Below are positions 45,001 to 55,600 of a stretch of DNA of 64,000 bases, one piece after another (the stretch's first letter is position 1; every line of letters starts with the position of its first letter). The translations under genes were made by a program, and so were the position numbers. The DNA comes from Auanema rhodensis (taxonomy: Eukaryota; Animalia; Nematoda). The notes beneath the pieces are model-generated. The model did no database searches and was not told the DNA's origin. It was given only the letters and a program-made list of their open reading frames with translations. The DNA is taken from positions 10,354,001 to 10,418,000 of the forward strand of contig OZ059895.1 of assembly GCA_964057225.1 (NCBI GenBank). The letters run 5' to 3'.

Positions 45001-47109
45001 ACTTTTAATTTTTCATAAAAATTGAACAAAATAGCAACTTGAGCCCGCCGGAAAATATGATTAATATATTTCTAAGCTAACAAAATTTGTTTAACTTTTT
45101 TAATCAACTAATTTTCAGTTGGATGAGATGTAGCACGTACTTCTAGGACAAGAAATAAAATTTTTAGGATATTTAATTTTTCATAAAAATCAAACGAAAT
45201 AGCAAGTTGAACCTGCCGCAAAACATGATTACTATGGATATATGCTTACAAAACCAAAATTATATTATCACATTGTCGATTTTCAGTTGAATAAGATGAT
45301 GCACGTATTTCTAGGGCTAAAAATAAACATTTTAAAATTTTTAATTTTTCATAAAAATCGAACAAAATAGCAACTTGAGCCCGCCGGAAAATATGATTAA
45401 TATGTTTCTGTGCTAACAAAATTTGTTTTATCTTTTTAGACAACTAGTTCTTAGTCGAATGAGATGTAGCACGTACTTCTAGGACAAGAAATAAAATTTT
45501 TAGGATATTTAATTTTTCATAAAAATCAAACGAAATAGCAAGTTCAGCCCGCCGCAAAACATGATTACTATGGATATATGCTTACAAAACCTAATTTATA
45601 TTGTCAAATAGTAAATTTTGAGTTGAATGAGATGTTGCACGTATTTCTAAGGCTAAAAATAAGCATTTAAAAAATTTTAATTTTTCATAAAAATCGAACA
45701 AAATAGCAATTTGAGCCCGCCGGAAAATATGATTAATATGGTTCTGTGCTAACAAAGTTTGTTATACCTTTTCAATCAACTAATTCTTAGTTAAATGAGA
45801 TGTAGCACGTACTTCTAGGACAGGAAATAAAATTTTTAGAATATTTAATTTTTCATAAAAATCAAACGAAATAGCAAGTTCAGCCCGCCGCAAAACATGA
45901 TTACTATGGATATATGCTTACAAAACCTAATTCATTTTGTCAAATAGTAAATTTTGAGTTGAATGAGATGTAGCACGTACTTCTAGGACAGGAAATAAAA
46001 TTTGTAGAATATTTAATTTTTCATAAAAATCAAACGAAATATCAAGTTGAACCCACCGCAAAACATGATTACTATGGATATATGCTTACAAAACCTAATT
46101 TATATTATGAAATAGTTAATTTTGAGTTGAATGAGATGTTGCATGTATTTCTAGGGCTAAAAATAAACATTTTAAAATTTTTAATTTTTCATAAAAATCG
46201 AACAAAATAGCAACTTGAGCCCGCCGGAAAATATGATTAATATGGTTCTGTGCTAACAAAATTTGTTATAGCTTTTCAATCAACTAATTCTTAGTTAAAT
46301 GAGATGTAGCACGTACTTCTAGGACAGGAAATAAAATTTGTAGAATATTTAATTTTTCATAAAAATCAAACGAAATATCAAGTTGAACCCACCGCAAAAC
46401 ATGATTACTATGGATATATGCTTACAAAACCTAATTTATATTATCAAATAGTTAATTTTGAGTTGAATGAGATGTTGCATGTATTTCTAGGGCTAAAAAT
46501 AAACATTTTAAAATTTTTAATTTTTCATAAAAATCGAACAAAATAGCAACTTGAGCCCGCCGGAAAATATGATTAATATGGTTCTGTGCTAACCAAATTT
46601 GTTTTGCCTTTTCAATCATTCCATTCTTAGTTTTTCTTAAATAATAAGATGTTGTACGTATTTCTAGAGCTAAAAACAAATATTTTAAAATTTTTAATTT
46701 TTCATAAAAATCGAACAAAATAGCAACTTGAGCCCGCCGGAATATATGATTAATATGGTTCTGTGCTAACAAAATTGTTATACCTTTTCAGTCAACTAAT
46801 TCTTAGTTAAATGAGATGTAGCACGTACTTCTAGGACAAGAAATAAAATTTGTAGAATATTTAATTTTTCATAAAAATCAAACGAAATAGCAAGTTGAAC
46901 CTGCCGCAAAACATGATTACTATGGATATAGGCTTACAAAACCTAATTTATCTTATCAAACAATGGATTTTGAGTTGAATAAGATGATGCACGTATTTCT
47001 AGGGCTAAAAATAAACATTTTAAAATTTTTAATTTTTCATAAAAATCGAACAAAATAGCAACTTGAACCCGCCGGAAAATATGATTACTATGGATATATG
47101 CTTACAAAA
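1..47109 (+). repeat. AT-rich tandem satellite array, 168-bp monomer organised as a 336-bp heterodimer (A + B or A + C); continues beyond the left edge
   Basis: GATTACTATGG occurs at 1 and 337, and the paralogous GATTAATAT at 169. A monomer: GAGATGTAGCACGTACTTCTAGGACAAGAAATAAAA...AATCAAACGAAATA(G/T)CAAGTTGAACC(G/C)(G/A)CCGCAAAACATGATTACTATGGATATATGCTTACAAAA. B monomer: GATG(T/A)TGCACGTATTTCTAGGGCTAAAAATAAAC...AATCGAACAAAATAGCAACTTGAGCCCGCCGGAAAATATGATTAATAT. C is a B with TTCATATCATCTAACAGTTCATTCTGAG...GCCCGTAATGTTAAGACTGAAAATAAAAGTAATAC. Confidence 0.98.
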
Positions 47110-48097
47110 GTCTCTCACTTCCCTAAACAACCGCTTTGTCAACGAATAGGATGAATCTTCATCTGTCATTTGCGGATACAGCAGTTTATGCAGCCTTTCG
47201 ATCTCCGAGCAGAAGTGTTCGACTCCGCCCGGCCCCTCTTTCATTTTTAATGCCTCAAATTATTCCCCTGCCTTCCATAACCCTACACCTTCGTGCCCTT
47301 TTATTTCCTTTTTCAGGTAAACTAGCTTACTTCCAAAAGTGCTTTCAGGAGCCGATCGGAACACCGACAACGGTTTGCCTTCGAGCGAGGCTTCGAAAAG
47401 AATGCAGCGTTCCTCTTCACTAAACGCATTGAGTGGGTACTTCATTTTAAAAATTGCTATGTGCTTAGCCAGTACCTGTGAGTCCGCTGGACTCTCTCCC
47501 CTAAATTTTGCTAGATCCGGTAAGGCGTTAGCCATTAACGCTTGCACTTCCAGCGTCACAGACGCCTTCTCCATAGACTCTTCCAGCTGAGCCATAAGGC
47601 TTGTGAACAGCTGATTTTTCCCTCCGCTCTAGCGCTACCCGATGCGTTTCCTCGTGGAGTTGCGCATTTTCATCTGAAAGCGTGGCTACTCGGCTCTCGA
47701 GTCGCTCCATCTGTGCCGTTGCCTCCTGCAACATGCGCACGGACTGCGTCTTCTCAGCCCGCAGCTTACTCACAAGCTGCTGAAGTCCCTCGCTCCCTTC
47801 TATATTCCACTCTCTGAAAAGTTGCAGGACATCCCTTGTCCACTGTTCCGCTTCCCTTAAGGCGCTGGCCATATGCAGCTCGCATATGCGCCCTACTATT
47901 TCACTTTCTAGCGCAGTCAAGACATCACCTACTGTTAAGTAAGCTCTATCAAAAAATTTCGCCTTAAGCGTCTCCTTTACTGACTGCGTCTTCACCGACT
48001 CGCAGCAATTGTCTCTCCATACTGCAAGTTCTCTCCTAGCACTGTCAACTGTTTGGGCCAAGAGGTGTTCAATAGCCTCACGGAAATGGCAAAGCAT
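47110..48097 (-). pseudogene. gag: Disrupted gag (coiled-coil N-terminus plus capsid-like region), about 329 codons, 3'-truncated
   Basis: ORFs 48097-47528, 47595-47260 and 47244-47110 join into one frame with a +1 shift at the A5 run (47615-47619) and an in-frame TAA (47260-47262: ...KAGE*FEALKMKEGPGGVEHFCSEIERL...). Motifs LPDLAKFRGE, FKMKYP, LFEASLEGK and VEHFCSEIERLHKLLYP resemble nematode gypsy Gag capsid motifs (recognised by eye, no search run). Confidence 0.78.
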
Positions 48098-48187
48098 GTT
48101 TTATTAGGTTATTTTGAGCGCAGCAAAAAAGAGGTATGTAATAACGACAACTACTTCTATATGGTACTTAGATTTTTGTTGAAAGTT

Positions 48188-48209
48188 GGTTCGACTCCAT
48201 GCGAAAGCG
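48188..48209 (-). promoter_or_regulatory. Candidate primer-binding site complementary to a tRNA 3' part (T-loop to discriminator), lacking the usual TGG
   Basis: The plus strand reads GGTTCGACTCCATGCGAAAGCG: a B-box/T-loop followed by exactly 5+7+1 nt, matching tRNA geometry. It lies directly after the putative LTR end (GTCGTTAC). Also present at 49258-49279, 59045-59066 and 61929-61950. Confidence 0.45.
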
Positions 48210-48550
48210 TAACGACTATCAAAAGGTTCTCAAGTCCAAAAATACAAAAGAGTCTTTACTAGAACGACAAACAATCAATAAAAACTAACAGAGATAAATA
48301 TACTAACTATAACGATATAGCTACCAAAGCTAATGTCTATAGAAACACAACTCAAAAAATATAGAACGTACGAGCGAGTACAACAAGTATAGTTAACCAC
48401 GAGTAACCATATCATCCGTTAAGTTTCACCATTATATCCCTTACATAACTATTCCCTAACTATAGATCAAAAATAGATCTTAACTATAACTACAGAGTAC
48501 ATAGACTATAACTCAATGTGTGTTACAGTATGAATGATAACTATGTGACA
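48210..48550 (-). repeat. Putative 5' LTR (~340 bp), copy 1
   Basis: Starts TGTCAC and ends near GTTAC (imperfect terminal inverted repeat). A poly(A)-like AGTAAA at 48260-48255 lies about 45 nt before the end. Short internal repeats are present. The inner boundary is inferred because no 3' LTR is available for comparison. Confidence 0.62.
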
Positions 48551-48705
48551 TTAGAATATTTAATTTTTCATAAAAATCAAACGAAATAGCAAGTTGAGCC
48601 CGCCGGAAAACATGATTACTATGGATATATGCTTACAAAATTTGTTTTAAATTTTTCAATCAACCCATTCTTAGTTAAATCAGATGTAGCACGTACTTCT
48701 AGGAA
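48551..48705 (+). repeat. Partial satellite monomer between element copies 1 and 2
   Basis: TTAGAATATTTAATTTTTCATAAAAATCAAACG...CACGTACTTCTAGGA, matching the flank after the other copies. Confidence 0.95.
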
Positions 48706-49167
48706 TACCCGATGCGTTTCCTCGTGGAGTTGCGCATTTTCATCTGAAAGCGTGGCTACTCGGCTCTCGAGTCGCTCCATCTGTGCCGTTGCCTCCTGCA
48801 ACATGCGCACGGACTGCGTCTTCTCAGCCCGCAGCTTACTCACAAGCTGCTGAAGTCCCTCGCTCCCTTCTATATTCCACTCTCTGAAAAGTTGCAGGAC
48901 ATCCCTTGTCCACTGTTCCGCTTCCCTTAAGGCGCTGGCCATATGCAGCTCGCATATGCGCCCTACTATTTCACTTTCTAGCGCAGTCAAGACATCACCT
49001 ACTGTTAAGTAAGCTCTATCAAAAAATTTCGCCTTAAGCGTCTCCTTTACTGACTGCGTCTTCACCGACTCGCAGCAATTGTCTCTCCATACTGCAAGTT
49101 CTCTCCTAGCACTGTCAACTGTTTGGGCCAAGAGGTGTTCAATAGCCTCACGGAAATGGCAAAGCAT
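48619..49167 (-). pseudogene. gag: gag N-terminal fragment fused in frame to a ~28-aa satellite-encoded tail (182-aa ORF)
   Basis: ORF track: ...QLHEETHRV|FLEVRATSDLTKNGLIEKFKTNFVSIYP*; the tail is antisense satellite. Confidence 0.7.
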
Positions 49168-49620
49168 GTTTTATTAGGTTATTTTGAGCGCAGCAAAAAA
49201 GAGGTATGTAATAACGACAACTACTTCTATATGGTACTTAGATTTTTGTTGAAAGTTGGTTCGACTCCATGCGAAAGCGTAACGACTATCAAAAGGTTCT
49301 CAAGTCCAAAAATACAAAAGAGTCTTTACTAGAACGACAAACAATCAATAAAAACTAACAGAGATAAATATACTAACTATAACGATATAGCTACCAAAGC
49401 TAATGTCTATAGAAACACAACTCAAAAAATATAGAACGTACGAGCGAGTACAACAAGTATAGTTAACCACGAGTAACCATATCATCCGTTAAGTTTCACC
49501 ATTATATCCCTTACATAACTATTCCCTAACTATAGATCAAAAATAGATCTTAACTATAACTACAGAGTACATAGACTATAACTCAATGTGTGTTACAGTA
49601 TGAATGATAACTATGTGACA
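48706..49620 (-). mobile_element. LTR retrotransposon remnant, copy 2 (915 bp, further truncated; product of a 1,070-bp tandem duplication)
   Basis: Matches 47636-48550 at an offset of 1,070 bp, with the same TGTGACA|TTAGAAT right junction. Confidence 0.9.
49280..49620 (-). repeat. Putative 5' LTR, copy 2
   Basis: Same sequence as 48210-48550. Confidence 0.62.
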
Positions 49621-52600
49621 TTAGAATATTTAATTTTTCATAAAAATCAAACGAAATAGCAAGTTGAGCCCGCCGGAAAACATGATTACTATGGATATAT
49701 GCTTACAAAATTTGTTTTAAATTTTTCAATCAACCCATTCTTAGTTAAATCAGATGTAGCACGTACTTCTAGGACAAAAAATAAAATTTTTTGAATATTT
49801 AATTTTTCATAAAAATCAAACGAAATAGCAAGTTCAGCCCGCCGCAAAACATGATTACTATGGATATATGCTTACAAAACCTAATTCATTTTGTCAAATA
49901 GTAAATTTTGAGTTGAATGACATGTAGCACGTACTTCTAGGACAGGAAATAAAATTTGTAGAATATTTAATTTTTCATAAAAATCAAACGAAATATCAAG
50001 TTGAACCCACCGCAAAACATGATTACTATGGATATATGCTTACAAAACCTAATTTATATTATGAAATAGTTAATTTTGAGTTGAATGAGATGTTGCATGT
50101 ATTTCTAGGGCTAAAAATAAACATTTTAAAATTTTTAATTTTTCATAAAAATCGAACAAAATAGCAACTTGAGCCCGCCGGAAAATATGATTAATATGGT
50201 TCTGTGCTAACAAAATTTGTTATAGCTTTTCAATCAACTAATTCTTAGTTAAATGAGATGTAGCACGTACTTCTAGGACAGGAAATAAAATTTGTAGAAT
50301 ATTTAATTTTTCATAAAAATCAAACGAAATATCAAGTTGAACCCACCGCAAAACATGATTACTATGGATATATGCTTACAAAACCTAATTTATATTATCA
50401 AATAGTTAATTTTGAGTTGAATGAGATGTTGCATGTATTTCTAGGGCTAAAAATAAACATTTTAAAATTTTTAATTTTTCATAAAAATCGAACAAAATAG
50501 CAACTTGAGCCCGCCGGAAAATATGATTAATATGGTTCTGTGCTAACCAAATTTGTTTTGCCTTTTCAATCATTCCATTCTTAGTTTTTCTTAAATAATA
50601 AGATGTTGTACGTATTTCTAGAGCTAAAAACAAATATTTTAAAATTTTTAATTTTTCATAAAAATCGAACAAAATAGCAACTTGAGCCCGCCGGAATATA
50701 TGATTAATATGGTTCTGTGCTAACAAAATTGTTATACCTTTTCAGTCAACTAATTCTTAGTTAAATGAGATGTAGCACGTACTTCTAGGACAAGAAATAA
50801 AATTTGTAGAATATTTAATTTTTCATAAAAATCAAACGAAATAGCAAGTTGAACCTGCCGCAAAACATGATTACTATGGATATAGGCTTACAAAACCTAA
50901 TTTATCATATCAAACAATGGATTTTGAGTTGAATGAGATGTTGCACGTATTTCTAGGGCTAAAAATAAACATTTTTAAAATTTTAATTTTTCATAAAAAT
51001 CGAACAAAATAGCAACTTGAGCCCGCCGGAAAATATGATTAATATGGTTCTGTGCTAACCAAATTTGTTTTGCCTTTTCAATCATTCCATTCTTAGTTTT
51101 TCTTAAATAATAAGATGTTGTACGTATTTCTAGAGCTAAAAACAAATATTTTAAAATTTTTAATTTTTCATAAAAATCGAACAAAATAGCAACTTGAGCC
51201 CGCCGGAAAATATGATTAATATGGTTCTGTGCTAACAAAACTTGTTTTACTTTTTTAATCAACTAATTCTCAGTTGAATGAGATGTAGCACGTACTTCTA
51301 GGACAAGAAATAAAATTTTTAGAATATTTAATTTTTCATAAAAATCAAACGAAATATCAAGTTGAACCCACCGCAAAACATGATTACTATGGATATATGC
51401 TTACAAAACCTAAATTATATTGTCAAATAGTAAATTTTGAGTTGAATGAGATGTTGCACGTATTTCTAGGGCTAAAAATAAACATTTTTAAAATTTTAAT
51501 TTTTCATAAAAATCGAACAAAATAGCAACTTGAGCCCGCCGGAAAATATGATTAATATGGTTCTGTGCTAACAAAATTTGTTTTACTCTTTTTAATCAAC
51601 TAATTCTCAGTTGAATGAGATGTAGCACGTACTTCTAGGACAAGAAATAAAATTTTTAGAATATTTATTTTTTCATAAAAATCAAACGAAATAGCAAGTT
51701 GAACCCACCGCAAAACATGATTACTATGGATATATGCTTACAAAACCTAATTCATATCATCTAACAGTTCATTCTGAGTTGAGTGAGATGTTGCCCGTAA
51801 TGTTAAGACTGAAAAAAAAAGTAATACATTATTTAGTTTTTCTTAAAAATCGAACAAAATAGCAACTTGAGCCCGCCGGAAAATATGATTAATATATTTC
51901 TCTGCTAACAAAACTTGTTTTACTTTTTTAATCAACTAATTCTCAGTTGAATGAGATGTAGCACGTACTTCTAGGACAAGGAATAAAATTTTTAGAATAT
52001 TTATTTTTTCATAAAAATCAAACGAAATATCAAGTTGAACCGGCCGCAAAACATGATTACTATGGATATATGCTTACAAAACCAAATTTTTATCATCAAA
52101 CTGTCGATTTTCAGTTGCATAAGATGATGCACGTATTTCTAGGGCTAAAAATAAACATTTTAAAACTTTTAATTTTTCATAAAAATTGAACAAAATAGCA
52201 ACTTGAGCCCGCCGGAAAATATGATTAATATATTTCTCTGCTAACAAAACTTGTTTTACTTTTTTAATCAACTAATTCTCAGTTGAATGAGATGTAGCAC
52301 GTACTTCTAGGACAAGAAATAAAATTTTTAGAATATTTATTTTTTCATAAAAATCAAACGAAATATCAAGTTGAACCGGCCGCAAAACATGATTACTATG
52401 GATATATGCTTACAAAACCAAATTTTTATTATCAAACTGTCGATTTTCAGTTGCATAAGATGATGCACGTATTTCTAGGGCTAAAAATAAACATTTTAAA
52501 ACTTTTAATTTTTCATAAAAATTGAACAAAATAGCAACTTGAGCCCGCCGGAAAATATGATTAATATATTTCTCTGCTAACAAAACTTGTTTTACTTTTT

Positions 52601-55600
52601 TAATCAACTAATTCTCAGTTGAATGAGATGTAGCACGTACTTCTAGGACAAGAAATAAAATTTTTAGAATATTTATTTTTTCATAAAAATCAAACGAAAT
52701 ATCAAGTTGAACCGGCCGCAAAACATGATTACTATGGATATATGCTTACAAAACCAAATTTTTATTATCAAACTGTCGATTTTCAGTTGCATAAGATGAT
52801 GCACGTATTTCTAGGGCTAAAAATAAACATTTTAAAACTTTTAATTTTTCATAAAAATTGAACAAAATAGCAACTTGAGCCCGCCGGAAAATATGATTAA
52901 TATATTTCTCTGCTAACAAAACTTGTTTTACTTTTTTAATCAACTAATTCTCAGTTGAATGAGATGTAGCACGTACTTCTAGGACAAGAAATAAATTTTT
53001 TAGAATATTTATTTTTTCATAAAAATCAAACGAAATAGCAAGTTGAACCTGCCGCAAAACATGATTACTATGGATATATGCTTACAAAACCAAAATTATA
53101 TTATCACATTGTCGCTTTTCAGTTGAATAAGATGATGCACGTATTTCTAGGGCTGAAAATAAACATTTTAAAATTTTTCATAAAAATCGAACAAAATAGC
53201 AACTTGAGCCCGCCGGAAAATATGATTAATATGGTTCTGTGCTAACAAAATTTGTTATAGCTTTTCAATCAACTAATTCTTAGTTAAATGAGATGTAGCA
53301 CGTACTTCTAGGACAGGAAATAAAATTTGTAGAATATTTAATTTTTCATAAAAATCAAACGAAATATCAAGTTGAACCCACCGCAAAACATGATTACTAT
53401 GGATATATGCTTACAAAACCTAATTTATATTATCAAATAGTTAATTTTGAGTTGAATGAGATGTTGCATGTACTTCTAGGGCTAAAAATAAACATTTTAA
53501 AATTTTTAATTTTTCATAAAAATCGAACAAAATAGCAACTTGAGCCCGCCGGAAAATATGATTAATATGGTTCTGTGCTAACAAAATTTGTTTTTACTTT
53601 TTTTATCAACTAATTTTCAGTTGAATGAGATGTAGCACGTACTTCTAGGACAAGAAATAAAATTTTTAGAATATTTAATTTTTCATAAAAATCAAACGAA
53701 ATAGCAAGTTGAACCCGCCGCAAAACATGATTACTATGGATATATGCTTACAAAACCAAAATTATTTTATCAAACTGTCGATTTTCAGTTGAATAAGATG
53801 ATGCACGTATTTCTAGGGCTAAAAATAAACATTTTAAAATTTTTAATTTTTCATAAAAATCGAACAAAATAGCAACTTGAGCCCGCCGTAAAATATGATT
53901 AATATATTTCTCTGCTAACAAAATTTGTTTTTACTTTTTTTATCAACTAATTTTCAGTTGAATGAGATGTAGCACGTACTTCTAGGACAAGAAATAAAAT
54001 TTTTAGAATATTTCATTTTTCATAAAAATCAAACGAAATATCAAGTTGAACCCACCGCAAAACATGATTACTATGGATATATGCTTACAAAACCTAAATT
54101 ATATTGTCAAATAGTAAATTTTGAGTTGAATGAGATGTTGCACGTATTTCTAGGGCTAAAAATAAACATTTTTAAAATTTTAATTTTTCATAAAAATCGA
54201 ACAAAATAGCAACTTGAGCCCGCCGGAAAATATGATTAATATGGTTCTGTGCTAACAAAATTTGTTTTACTCTTTTTAATCAACTAATTCTCAGTTGAAT
54301 GAGATGTAGAACGTACTTCTAGGACAAGAAATAAAATTTTTAGAATATTTATTTTTTCATAAAAATCAAACGAAATATCAAGTTGAACCCGCCGCAAAAC
54401 ATGATTACTATGGATATATGCTTACAAAACCTAATTCATATCATCTAACAGTTCATTCTGAGTTGAGTGAGATGTTGCCCGTAATGTTAAGACTGAAAAT
54501 AAAAGTAATACATTATTTAGTTTTTCTTAAAAATCGAACAAAATAGCAACTTGAGCCCGCCGGAAAATATGATTAATATATTTCTCTGCTAACAAAACTT
54601 GTTTTACTTTTTTAATCAACTAATTCTCAGTTGAATGAGATGTAGCACGTACTTCTAGGACAAGAAATAAAATTTTTAGAATATTTATTTTTTCATAAAA
54701 ATCAAACGAAATATCAAGTTGAACCGGCCGCAAAACATGATTACTATGGATATATGCTTACAAAACCAAATTTTTATTATCAAACTGTCGATTTTCAGTT
54801 GCATAAGATGATGCACGTATTTCTAGGGCTAAAAATAAACATTTTAAAACTTTTAATTTTTCATAAAAATTGAACAAAATAGCAACTTGAGCCCGCCGGA
54901 AAATATGATTAATATATTTCTCTGCTAACAAAACTTGTTTTACTTTTTTAATCAACTAATTCTCAGTTGAATGAGATGTAGCACGTACTTCTAGGACAAG
55001 AAATAAAATTTTTAGAATATTTATTTTTTCATAAAAATCAAACGAAATATCAAGTTGAACCGGCCGCAAAACATGATTACTATGGATATATGCTTACAAA
55101 ACCAAATTTTTATTATCAAACTGTCGATTTTCAGTTGCATAAGATGATGCACGTATTTCTAGGGCTAAAAATAAACATTTTAAAACTTTTAATTTTTCAT
55201 AAAAATTGAACAAAATAGCAACTTGAGCCCGCCGGAAAATATGATTAATATATTTCTCTGCTAACAAAATTTGTTTTACTCTTTTTAATCAACTAATTCT
55301 CAGTTGAATGAGATGTAGCACGTACTTCTAGGACAAGAAATAAAATTTTTAGAATATTTATTTTTTCATAAAAATCAAACGAAATAGCAAGTTCAGCCCG
55401 CCGCAAAACATGATTACTATGGATATATGCTTACAAAACCTAATTTATATTGTCAAATAGTAAATTTTGAGTTGACTAAGATGATGCACGTATTTCTAGG
55501 GCTGAAAATAAACATTTTAAAACTTTTAATTTTTCATAAAAATTGAACAAAATAGCAACTTGAGCCCGCCGGAAAATATGATTAATATATTTCTCTGCTA

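Larger units (their letters stand above)
47110..48550 (-). mobile_element. Truncated Ty3/gypsy-like (nematode Cer-type) LTR retrotransposon remnant, copy 1 (1,441 bp: 5' LTR, PBS-like site, partial gag)
   Basis: Abrupt switch from satellite to GC-richer unique sequence. The minus strand begins TGTCACA (canonical LTR TG start). An AT-rich LTR-like segment is followed by a gag-like reading frame. The 3' end is lost at a junction with satellite (GCTTACAAAA|GTCTCTC). Confidence 0.88.

Noticed and set aside
1-47109. CRISPR-like array (conserved blocks alternating with variable blocks)
   Set aside because: The variable parts are homologous alleles of one monomer, not unique spacers; there are no cas genes and the context is eukaryotic.
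47612-47625. Programmed -1 frameshift at GGGAAAA in gag
   Set aside because: The downstream frame is +1, the heptamer is not in the required phase, and the shift is mid-gag. A one-base indel is simpler.
48135-48212. Complete tRNA gene around GGTTCGACTCC
   Set aside because: No matching 5' acceptor strand, D arm or anticodon arm upstream; only the 3' part looks tRNA-like.
48304-48314. TAACTATAACG matching the start of the I-CeuI / LSU rRNA site
   Set aside because: The match stops after 11 nt, is part of the local TAACTAT repeat, and has no rRNA context.
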